From Blastocatellia bacterium (GTDB taxonomy: Bacteria; Acidobacteriota; Blastocatellia; UBA7656), in contig CAVXWP010000006.1 of assembly GCA_963765495.1 (NCBI GenBank), forward strand, positions 32,001 through 96,000: a DNA stretch of 64,000 bases, read 5' to 3'. Positions 17,850 to 26,170 of the stretch are shown piece by piece. Both the position numbers and the translations under genes were made by a program. How positions within the stretch are numbered: position 1 is the stretch's first letter; each line of letters begins with the position of its first letter. A model generated the notes under the pieces. The model saw nothing but the letters and a program-made list of their open reading frames with translations. It was not told the DNA's origin and did not search any database.

Positions 17850-20467
17850 AAAACCGCCCTTATTCGACCTCCCTCAAAGGTTCGATCACCAGCCTGCTGC
17901 TGGTCGTTTCATCTGTGATGATTCCGGTACTCAGCCCGATGCGCGCCGCTTCCCAGTCTTCTGCGGTTTGCGATCCGCAAGCGGTAGCCACGCACCACGC
18001 CGCGACCCCCAACGGCGTGCCGTTCAAGTCGCTGCCGCTGCGCTTCGAACTCAACGCCGGACAGACCGACCCGCAGGTGCGCTTCATCGCCTGCGACCAG
18101 AGCAGCCAGATGTACCTGACCGCGCGCGAAATGGTGCTGCGCGTCTTCGAGCCTCGCAGCGCAAATGCGCGGCCCGGCGATATCGAGAAAGCTGCGACCG
18201 ACAGCGCCGTCGTGCGACTACGGGCGGTTGGTGCCAACCCCAACCCGCGCATCGCCGGGCTTGATCGGCTTCCCGGCAAGACGAATTATTTCCTCGGCAG
18301 TGACCCGAAGAAGTGGCGCACCAATGTCCCTTCGTTTGCGAAAGTAAAATATGAAAATATCTATCCCGGCATAGATATGATCTACTACGGCAACGAAGGA
18401 AATCTCGAATACGACTTCAATGTAGCTCCAGGAGCCGATCCCAGCCGGGTCGCTTTATCGGTCGAGGGGGCGGACGGGGTTCGCATCAACGAAGCGGGCG
18501 ATCTGGTGTTGCGCACGGCGGTCGGCGAAGTCACTCAGCACGCGCCTCGGATTTATCAGGAAGTGAACGGCAATCGTCGAGAAATCGCTGGCGGCTACAA
18601 ACTGATTGAGAGCAGTCCCGCAATCCAAAATCCAAAATCCAAAATCCAAAATCATTTAGTGGCATTCGACGTGGCCGGCTATGATGCGACGAAGCCTCTG
18701 GTGATTGATCCTGAACTGGTCTATGCGACCTACTTCGGCGGCAGCGCCGGGACGGATGTCACCGGACCTGCGGTGGACGCAGTCGGGTCGGTCTACGTGA
18801 CGGGCGACACCTTCGCGCACGATTTTCCGACCAAAGAGGCGCTGCAAGGGACCAACCGCCACAGTCAGGGCCTTTCGGCCTTCGTCAGCAAGTTCAGCCC
18901 CGACGGACAGTCGCTGGTCTATTCGACCTATCTGGGGGGGGCCAGTGGCTTCGGTGCGAATGATTTTGGGATGGGCATCGCCGTAGATTCGACGGGAGCG
19001 GCCTGCATCACCGGCCTAACAAGCTCAACAGACTTTCCAACCCGGAATGCGATTCAATCGCAATACGGGGGCAGTCAAGACATCTTCGTGACCAAGCTCA
19101 GCGGCGACGGCGCGAGCCTGATCTACTCGACCTATCTCGGCGGCAGTGGCTCGGATGTGCCGAGGGGCATCAAACTGAACGCCTCGAATGATGCTTATAT
19201 TTATGGCCAGACCGGCTCCGGCAATTTCCCAACGGCTAATCCGTCTCAGCCTGGCTACGGCGGCGGTAGTTCGGATGGCTTCTTGTCGGTGATTAATTCG
19301 GATGGTTCTCAATTGCTCTATTCGACCTACATAGGAGGCAATGGACAGGATGACCTTCAATCACTCATCATTGATCCGCAAGACGGCGGCATCAACCTTA
19401 GTGGCCACACGCAATCGAGTAACCTCGCCAGCAATGATCTCCATATTATGACTGGGGCAGACACCGACACATTAATGATAAGAATAGACCCTGGTTTTGG
19501 TGTTGGACATTATGCCTTCGAAATCCCATTTCTTGTTCTACAGAACCCCAATCAGACATTTAATGATTCCCTTCTATTGCTTTTTTACTGGCACTTGCTT
19601 GGTAATGACCGCGAGCCCTTGCAATCTCGTGAGTTTCCCCAAAAGGGGCTGGCGGGCGTAGAGGCACAAGCCACTGAAATTGAAGCATTTTATTCGGGAG
19701 GCTGCGTGATCGCAACGAACTGTTCCGGCAATGTGGCTTTCTTCAACGCCGATGCGAATGACTTCAGCTTAAAAAGCCATACAGACATTCCAATCACCAT
19801 CACTCCGGCCATAGCTGCGGTGAGAGATGCTCAGGATGCCGTCTACGTCACTGGCACCGCGCCGACCAGTGCGGCTTTCCCGCTTGTCAACCCGCTACAA
19901 AGCGGCGGAGGCGGCAACGATGCCTATGTCACCGTCTTTGCACCAGATACTCGCCAGATCGTCTTTTCGACCTACATCGGCGGCAGCGCAAGCGATTTTT
20001 CCGGCGGCATCGCCCTCGACCCGCAAGGCAACATCTACATCGCCGGCAGCACCCTGTCGCCCAACTTTCCAACCCTGAACGGATTTCAAAGCTCGCCGCT
20101 CGCGCCCGCCGGGCAGGGCAATGGGTTCATCGTCAAAATCTCTGCGGTCGGGCCGTTTGAAACCGGGCCGGATTTCTCACTCGCACTCGATTCGCCGACC
20201 GTGACCGTACAGGCGGGCAAGAAAGCGAAGATCAAAGTCAACATCAACCGCACCGATGGATTCACAGGCAAAGTAACTGTTGCGTCCAGCGATCCGGGTC
20301 AGGGGCTCGTAGTGAAGCCGCCGACTCCGATCACAACGACTGGCGACAGTGTGAAATTCAAGTACAAGACCGCCAATGCTGTGCCGGGCCAATATTCGAT
20401 CACCTTCACCGCCACGGATAAGTCAGGCAAAACGCGCACGGCGACGCTAACGCTCATCGTGCAATAG
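17846..20467 (+). CDS. Secreted SBBP-repeat (beta-propeller) cell-surface protein
   Basis: PLRFELNAGQ, YPGIDMIYYG, PLVIDPELVYATYFGGS, repeated YSTYLGG/GIAVD units, C-terminal Ig-like domain. Confidence 0.9.
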   Translation: MKNRPYSTSLKGSITSLLLVVSSVMIPVLSPMRAASQSSAVCDPQAVATHHAATPNGVPFKSLPLRFELNAGQTDPQVRFIACDQSSQMYLTAREMVLRVFEPRSANARPGDIEKAATDSAVVRLRAVGANPNPRIAGLDRLPGKTNYFLGSDPKKWRTNVPSFAKVKYENIYPGIDMIYYGNEGNLEYDFNVAPGADPSRVALSVEGADGVRINEAGDLVLRTAVGEVTQHAPRIYQEVNGNRREIAGGYKLIESSPAIQNPKSKIQNHLVAFDVAGYDATKPLVIDPELVYATYFGGSAGTDVTGPAVDAVGSVYVTGDTFAHDFPTKEALQGTNRHSQGLSAFVSKFSPDGQSLVYSTYLGGASGFGANDFGMGIAVDSTGAACITGLTSSTDFPTRNAIQSQYGGSQDIFVTKLSGDGASLIYSTYLGGSGSDVPRGIKLNASNDAYIYGQTGSGNFPTANPSQPGYGGGSSDGFLSVINSDGSQLLYSTYIGGNGQDDLQSLIIDPQDGGINLSGHTQSSNLASNDLHIMTGADTDTLMIRIDPGFGVGHYAFEIPFLVLQNPNQTFNDSLLLLFYWHLLGNDREPLQSREFPQKGLAGVEAQATEIEAFYSGGCVIATNCSGNVAFFNADANDFSLKSHTDIPITITPAIAAVRDAQDAVYVTGTAPTSAAFPLVNPLQSGGGGNDAYVTVFAPDTRQIVFSTYIGGSASDFSGGIALDPQGNIYIAGSTLSPNFPTLNGFQSSPLAPAGQGNGFIVKISAVGPFETGPDFSLALDSPTVTVQAGKKAKIKVNINRTDGFTGKVTVASSDPGQGLVVKPPTPITTTGDSVKFKYKTANAVPGQYSITFTATDKSGKTRTATLTLIVQ

Positions 20468-20628
20468 CATACGCTTTGCCCTGTTTCGGTCGACGGAAAA
20501 TTTCGCAGAATGCCCAGAGAGCGAAATCGAGAAAGAACAGGCCATCCAATCTGTCTGTGAGCGCTATCCGACGCTGAGTTCGTATCTAAATCATTCCGCA
20601 AGAGATAGGTACAAATGAATTTGAATGA

Positions 20629-20718
20629 AAGGCAAATTGAAATAGGCCGCGGATTTACGCGGATCGGGCGGATATGCGCGGATTAGATCAAATTGGGGCT
20701 GATCCGCGTAAATCCGAC
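20629..20718. repeat. Partial internal segment of MITE family A
   Basis: AAGGCAAATTGAAATAGGCCGCGGAT...ATCCGCGTAAATCCG matches the core of 3431-3651; no TIRs. Confidence 0.7.
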
Positions 20719-20739
20719 CACCTTAGAGGCGAAGTTCGT

Positions 20740-21290
20740 CTCCAGGCAGGAGTCAACGCCAGCCGTCGGCAGTCATCCTTGATAGCCAGAGCGTCAAGTC
20801 TGCAACTGTAGGCGGCCCTGAGCGCGGTTATGACGCAGGAAAGAATGTTTCCGGGCGAAAACGACATCTTTTGGTAGGCGTGAGGGGACTGATTTTGGTG
20901 GCAGTGGTGCATTCGGCTGGGACGCAGGACTGGCAGGGAGCTGAAGCAGTAGTTGAAGCTTTGCGTAATCGCTTTAGCCGATTGAGGTTGATTTTGGCCG
21001 ATAGCATCTATAGTCGAAATGGGCTGCCGGGGTTTGTAAGGAAGTTGCGGAGATGGAGAAAGCTTCGGCTAGAAATAGTGAAGCGACCAAACGAGCAGAA
21101 AGGGTTCCAGGTGTTGCCGCGACGATGGGTGATAGAGCGAACATTTGGATGGTTGATAAGGCAAAGGCGGCTAGTGAGAGATTATGAATATTTGCCAGAA
21201 ACCAGCGAGACGATGATTTATCTGGCAATGACAAGGTTAATGCTCAAGCGACTGGAAGGTCATTCCTGACACTTTTCAGACGCGCTCTTA
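20740..21290 (+). pseudogene. Degraded IS5-family transposase / IS remnant
   Basis: Out-of-frame PSAVILDSQSVKS near 20763-20805; ORF 20871-21269 with LADSIY and VLPRRWVIERTFGWL..RRLVRDYE; right-end-like TTTTCAGACGCGCTCTTA. N-terminal half missing. Confidence 0.85.
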
Positions 21291-21572
21291 GGATTCGGTC
21301 AGGATAATGGAATCCATTTCGATTGCAGGGGCCTTTAGCAACCGTTCTTCGCGAACGGCCATGAGCTTGACCTTCTTTAGCTCGATTCCTTTGATTCCAA
21401 AGAAGTTGGCCATTTGCATTATCTGGTCGAGGCTCACGAAATCCTCCAGATCGGAACAGAATTTTCGTATGCCGGGGTCAAACTCGTGACACCCCATCCG
21501 CCTGGGTAGATTCAGACCAAGCTCGCAATGGCCGTCTTCCTGGTAGCGCAAACAGAAGTCACAAATTTTCAT
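21288..21572 (-). CDS. Small Cys-rich hypothetical protein
   Basis: CDFC...C...C...C; co-oriented with and overlapping the upstream ORF. Confidence 0.55.
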   Translation of the reverse strand: MKICDFCLRYQEDGHCELGLNLPRRMGCHEFDPGIRKFCSDLEDFVSLDQIMQMANFFGIKGIELKKVKLMAVREERLLKAPAIEMDSIILTES

Positions 21573-21801
21573 CTTGCCCCTCTTTCAGTGACTCCGGCCG
21601 GGGGTCATAATCGTAATCTTCTCGTGGTTGAGGGCCGGGGCGGATCCAGGCGATATCCGGGTCTTCGCCTTCGATTCCGGGAGCCGCGTTAGCCTTTCGC
21701 ATCTTGGATTCTATTCTTTGAGTCTCTTTATCCTTCCGTTTCTGTTGCCGCGCTTTCTCTTTCTCACGTTTCTGAAAAGTTGGCCTTGATTTTTTTGCCA
21801 T
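21559..21801 (-). CDS. Small basic hypothetical protein
   Basis: AAGGAAG RBS; PTFQKREKEKARQQK...EDPDIAWIRPGPQP. Confidence 0.65.
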   Translation of the reverse strand: MAKKSRPTFQKREKEKARQQKRKDKETQRIESKMRKANAAPGIEGEDPDIAWIRPGPQPREDYDYDPRPESLKEGQDENL

Positions 21802-22007
21802 TTATGTCTTCCTTTGGTTTATATCGCTCGAGCCTCGATCCTCTGCATTTTTGGCCCGACCCTAATACTATACATGACTGCGCAGCTAAAAACGATCAGC
21901 ATTGTTCGATCAGAGCCTACAAGACCCCGGCGCCCGCACCCGTTTGCGAAAGGCGGCGGCCTGTTTTACCTGTACCAATCTCTGCCGGTTCGAATTAGAA
22001 TAGATGA

Positions 22008-23345
22008 ATGAAACGGGAAACGTCTTCCGGCGCGGTTGGTTATATCGGGCTTCTGCGAAGCAACTCCAACTTCCGCCGACTGTGGATAGGCCAGTTTGTT
22101 TCCCAGACCGGCGACTGGTTCAACTCCGTAGCCTTATTCACTCTACTGCTGAACCTGACCGGCTCGGGCGCGGCGGTCGGCTACATCCTCATTCTTAAAT
22201 TGCTCCCCACGTTCTTTGTCAGCCCGCTTGCCGGGGTGGTTGCCGACCGCTTCAACCGTAAGACGATAATGATCGCTTCCGATCTGCTGCGCGCCCTCCT
22301 GGTGCTTGGTTTTTTGCTCGTGCGCAGACCCGATCAGGTGTGGATCGTCTATACCCTCACGGCGCTTGAAATCGTGCTGACCTCTTTTTTCGAACCGGCG
22401 AAATCGGCCGCCATTCCAGAACTTGTCACGCGCGATGAATTGATCTCGGCCAACGGGCTTTCGGGCGCAGCCTGGTCTGTGACGCTCGCCTTAGGCGCTG
22501 CGCTGGGCGGATTGGTGACCGGCGTCTTTGGCCGTGACGTGGCCTTTATCATAGATGCGCTTACCTTTCTGATCTCGGCCGCCTTTATTTCGCTGACACG
22601 GTTTTCCCGCGCACCCGAAGATCGCAACGCTCTTGCTGCCACGGATAAGAATGCGCGTCTCTCTTTTGCCGAGGCCACGGGCATAACGGATTTCATCGAA
22701 GGCACCCGCTTCCTGAAAGCCAATCCACGAGTCGCGGCACTGCTGCTTGTGAAGCCCGGATGGGGGATTGGCGGAGGCGTGCTTTTGCTGCTTACGATCT
22801 TTGGCAAGCAGATATTTCCCATTGGAGGAGACGGCAGCATATCGATAGGTCTGCTCTATGCGGCTCGCGGGTTTGGCGCGCTCATCGGTCCTATAATCGC
22901 TCAGGCAATCACGGGGCGTTCTCCGCGCGTTATGCGCCGGGCGATCACCATAGCCTTCTTTGTCTCCATGATCTTTTATCTGATGTTCGCGCACGCCGCT
23001 GTACTCGCGCTGGCGGCGTTGTTTGTAGTAGGCGCTCACATGGGGGGCAGCATTCAGTGGGTCTATTCGACTACGCTCATACAACTTGAGGTTCCAAACC
23101 GTTTCCTCGGTCGCGTCTTCGCAATAGAGATGGCGCTCGTCACGCTTTTGATGTCGCTATCAACATTCCTGACCGGCTGGGGACTGGATTTCGCCGGGTT
23201 CAGCCCGCGCACTATGGCTACCTTGCTCGGGTTTGCCTTCATGATTCCCGGTCTCGCGTGGTTTGGTATTCAGCACTGGATGGATGGGCCTGATCGGAAG
23301 TCGGCGAAATCCTCGCAAGTCATCGAAGCCGAATCGGCGGATTGA
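22008..23345 (+). CDS. MFS transporter (DHA3/H+ antiporter-like)
   Basis: NFRRLWIGQFVSQTGDW, motif A AGVVADRFNRK, about 12 TM helices. Confidence 0.9.
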   Translation: MKRETSSGAVGYIGLLRSNSNFRRLWIGQFVSQTGDWFNSVALFTLLLNLTGSGAAVGYILILKLLPTFFVSPLAGVVADRFNRKTIMIASDLLRALLVLGFLLVRRPDQVWIVYTLTALEIVLTSFFEPAKSAAIPELVTRDELISANGLSGAAWSVTLALGAALGGLVTGVFGRDVAFIIDALTFLISAAFISLTRFSRAPEDRNALAATDKNARLSFAEATGITDFIEGTRFLKANPRVAALLLVKPGWGIGGGVLLLLTIFGKQIFPIGGDGSISIGLLYAARGFGALIGPIIAQAITGRSPRVMRRAITIAFFVSMIFYLMFAHAAVLALAALFVVGAHMGGSIQWVYSTTLIQLEVPNRFLGRVFAIEMALVTLLMSLSTFLTGWGLDFAGFSPRTMATLLGFAFMIPGLAWFGIQHWMDGPDRKSAKSSQVIEAESAD

Positions 23346-23408
23346 GAAGAAGGTGACTTGAGAAGAAGGCGGGTTGAGAAGAAGACCGTCACTCGGGAGG
23401 GGATTTTT

Positions 23409-24035
23409 ATGGGATTCTATTCAAAACACATCTTTCCACGGATTCTTGATTGGAGTCTTGGAAATCAGGTAGTCCAGAACCTTCGCCGTCAGACGCTCAG
23501 TGAGGCCCGTGGCCACGCGCTTGAGATCGGTTTCGGCACGGGGTTGAATCTGGCTCATTACCCCTCCGAGGTTACGCGGCTTACGATCATTGACCCCGAG
23601 ACTATGCTTGCCGGGAGGGTCGCAAAAAGAATAGCCGAAGCTCGCGTGCCGGTTGAGAAGATACACATGGATGCAAGCAGGCGGTTGCCGTTTGAAGATA
23701 AACATTTCGATACGGTGGTCTCTACTTTTACGCTTTGCTCGATTGGAAATCTCTTGTCTGCGCTTTCGGAAATCCGGCGAGTGCTCAAACCCGAAGGCCG
23801 TTTCATTTTTCTGGAACACGGGCGCAGCAACGATGAGCGAACGGCAAAACGCCAGGACTTCTTCAACCCTGTTCACAAAATACTGGCCTGCGGGTGTAAC
23901 ATCAATCGCCCGATTGACCGGCTCATTGAGCGAGCGGGGCTTGAGATCGAAACGCTTGATCGCTTTCTGATGCCCGATTCGCCGCGCATCATGGGAGAGA
24001 TCTATAGAGGCGCAGCCGCGCCCGGCGAGCCTTAA
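23409..24035 (+). CDS. Class I SAM-dependent methyltransferase
   Basis: LEIGFGTGLN, LPFEDKHFDTVVSTFTLCS, RRVLKPEGRFIFLEHG. Confidence 0.9.
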   Translation: MGFYSKHIFPRILDWSLGNQVVQNLRRQTLSEARGHALEIGFGTGLNLAHYPSEVTRLTIIDPETMLAGRVAKRIAEARVPVEKIHMDASRRLPFEDKHFDTVVSTFTLCSIGNLLSALSEIRRVLKPEGRFIFLEHGRSNDERTAKRQDFFNPVHKILACGCNINRPIDRLIERAGLEIETLDRFLMPDSPRIMGEIYRGAAAPGEP

Positions 24036-24120
24036 CAAAGCGATGTCGCGCGGCGCTTTTTACCGCTCGGTGGAATGTGCTAAGTTAAAACCACCAAAAA
24101 GAAATCGAGAGGAGCACTGT

Positions 24121-24345
24121 ATGGCAGAAGAGGTTTACAAGGGCATAACCATCGTCGGCACATCGAATCAGAGTTTCAGCCACGCTATCGAAGTGGCCGT
24201 AGAACGCGCCAAACAGACAATACGAGATTTGAAGTGGTTCGAGATACGTGACCAGAGAGGCGCGCTCAGAAATAACCAGATCGAATATCAGGTGACACTG
24301 GAAGTCTTCTTCAAACTGACCGGCGATCAATCAGCCGGAAGTTGA
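24121..24345 (+). CDS. Dodecin (flavin-binding)
   Basis: VYKGITIVGTSNQSFSHAIEVAVERAKQTIRDLKWFEI...YQVTLEVFF; GAGGAG RBS. Confidence 0.9.
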   Translation: MAEEVYKGITIVGTSNQSFSHAIEVAVERAKQTIRDLKWFEIRDQRGALRNNQIEYQVTLEVFFKLTGDQSAGS

Positions 24346-24396
24346 AATGGAAAGGCCGGAAATCCGACGGCCCGGCTCCTGTGTGTATCGGGCCGT

Positions 24397-24576
24397 CTAT
24401 AACTGATCTCTGATAATGAGCCACGACCCGCAATCGCAGCGATATATTCCAAGTTCAGATATGATCCTTCGCTGTCGGCAGGCGGGACAATAAAACGAAT
24501 AGACATATCGCCCGTGGGTGTCATTCCAGAAGTGGTCTTCAATCAGGACATCCACTCCAATCTTCCGCTTCTGCAT
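24397..24576 (-). CDS. Possible 59-aa zinc-ribbon microprotein
   Basis: FYCPAC...YRCDCG. Confidence 0.45.
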   Translation of the reverse strand: MQKRKIGVDVLIEDHFWNDTHGRYVYSFYCPACRQRRIISELGIYRCDCGSWLIIRDQL

Positions 24577-24686
24577 ACGGTGGAGTATAACACAGCCCGA
24601 CAGCAGAGACAGACCGCGCAGGTTTTTCAGGACGGACCCAAAGCCTGTGGAGCAAGGGTCGGCAATAATTATAAGAGGGGAAATCA

Positions 24687-26018
24687 ATGAGACTCAGACC
24701 AGATAAAGCGAGCAGCTCTTTCATCTCGGCCACACGCCTCGCATTTATGTTTGTATTCACATTACATCTGTCGGCGTTTGTTGCCTGCGGGCAGGCGTCG
24801 GAAGGCGCAGGCACCAGACAGGCCGATGCGAAGCCGACCGATTCGAAGCCGACCGATGCGAATGCGCGTAAACATCACGAGATTACGCCCGGTTCTCTTC
24901 CACCGCCCGGCTCCACTCCGTCGGCAGTCAACGGCCCCAGAGTTGTACCCCGACCCGAAGGCGCAGAGCTTACGCTTCCCGAAGGGTTTCAGGTGAGCCC
25001 TTATGCGGAGGGCGGATTTGATGAAGCGCGATGGCTGGCGCTTGCGCCCAACGGCGATGTGTTTGTTTCGGATCACAAGGCCGGAAGTATCCTGATACTG
25101 CGCGACACCAATAACGATGGCCGCGCAGACCAGCGATTCGTATTCGCTTCGGGGTTGATGCAGCCTTTCGGCATGGCCTTCTGGCACGATTATCTCTACG
25201 TCGGAAACACAAACGCGGTCGTGCGGTTCAAGTACAAACCGGGACAGACAAAGGCCGAAGGAGAGGCTGAAAAGATTGCCGATTTGCCGGGCAGAGGGTA
25301 CCGCGAGCACTGGACGCGCAATGTCATCTTCAGCCCAGACGGCTCGAAGCTGTACGCAACCGTGGGGTCAGAGACAAATGTAGATGTAGAGAAAGACCCT
25401 ATGCGCGCGGCTATCTCTCAGTTCAACCCCGACGGCAGCGGGCATAAAATCTTTGCCGCCGGGACACGCAATCCCATAGGGCTTGCTTTTTATCCGGGCA
25501 CGCAGACGCTCTGGGCCGCCGTGCAGGAGCGCGACGGATTAGGCGATGATCTCGTACCCGATTATGTGACTTCGATCAAAGAGGGAGCCTTTTACGGCTG
25601 GCCTTATTCCTATATCGGTCAGAACGAAGACCCGCGACGCAAGGGCGAAAATCCCGAACTTGTGAAAAAGGCTATAGTGCCCGACGTATTGATTCAGGCG
25701 CATTCGGCTGTGCTGGGTCTGGTCTTTTACGAAGGCGACATGTTCCCGGCAGAGTACAAGGGCGATGCCTTTGTCGCTCTTCACGGGTCGTGGAATAGAT
25801 CGAAGCGAACCGGCTATAAAATCGTTCGTATTCAGTTTGAGAACGGCAAGCCCGCAGGCGGATACGATGATTTTCTGACCGGCTGGATGATAGGCGAAGA
25901 GAGCCGCGATGTGTGGGGCCGCCCCGTGGGGCTTCTGGTTTTGAAAGACGGCTCGATGCTCATAGTCGATGACGGAGCCGACAAGATATGGCGCGTCACC
26001 TATTCAAAGCCAAAATAA
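24687..26018 (+). CDS. PQQ-dependent sugar/sorbosone dehydrogenase family protein (lipoprotein-like)
   Basis: GTRNPIGL, ERDGLGDDLVPDY, FYGWPY, HGSWNRS, GRPVG. Confidence 0.9.
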   Translation: MRLRPDKASSSFISATRLAFMFVFTLHLSAFVACGQASEGAGTRQADAKPTDSKPTDANARKHHEITPGSLPPPGSTPSAVNGPRVVPRPEGAELTLPEGFQVSPYAEGGFDEARWLALAPNGDVFVSDHKAGSILILRDTNNDGRADQRFVFASGLMQPFGMAFWHDYLYVGNTNAVVRFKYKPGQTKAEGEAEKIADLPGRGYREHWTRNVIFSPDGSKLYATVGSETNVDVEKDPMRAAISQFNPDGSGHKIFAAGTRNPIGLAFYPGTQTLWAAVQERDGLGDDLVPDYVTSIKEGAFYGWPYSYIGQNEDPRRKGENPELVKKAIVPDVLIQAHSAVLGLVFYEGDMFPAEYKGDAFVALHGSWNRSKRTGYKIVRIQFENGKPAGGYDDFLTGWMIGEESRDVWGRPVGLLVLKDGSMLIVDDGADKIWRVTYSKPK

Positions 26019-26047
26019 TCACATCTGTACGGGAGGAAAGAAATTTT

Positions 26048-26114
26048 GCCACCGCAGTCACAGAGCCACAGAGATTTATTATATTTTTCTCTGTGACTCT
26101 GTGACTGCGGTGGC
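26048..26114. repeat. CACAGAG nonamer-type palindrome
   Basis: GCCACCGCAGTCACAGAGCCACAGAGA ... TCTCTGTGACTCTGTGACTGCGGTGGC. Confidence 0.8.
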
Positions 26115-26170
26115 TGTTTCCGAACTTTGAAAAATAATCGGCGTGAAGTGCGAGAGGTGACTTCGGACAG

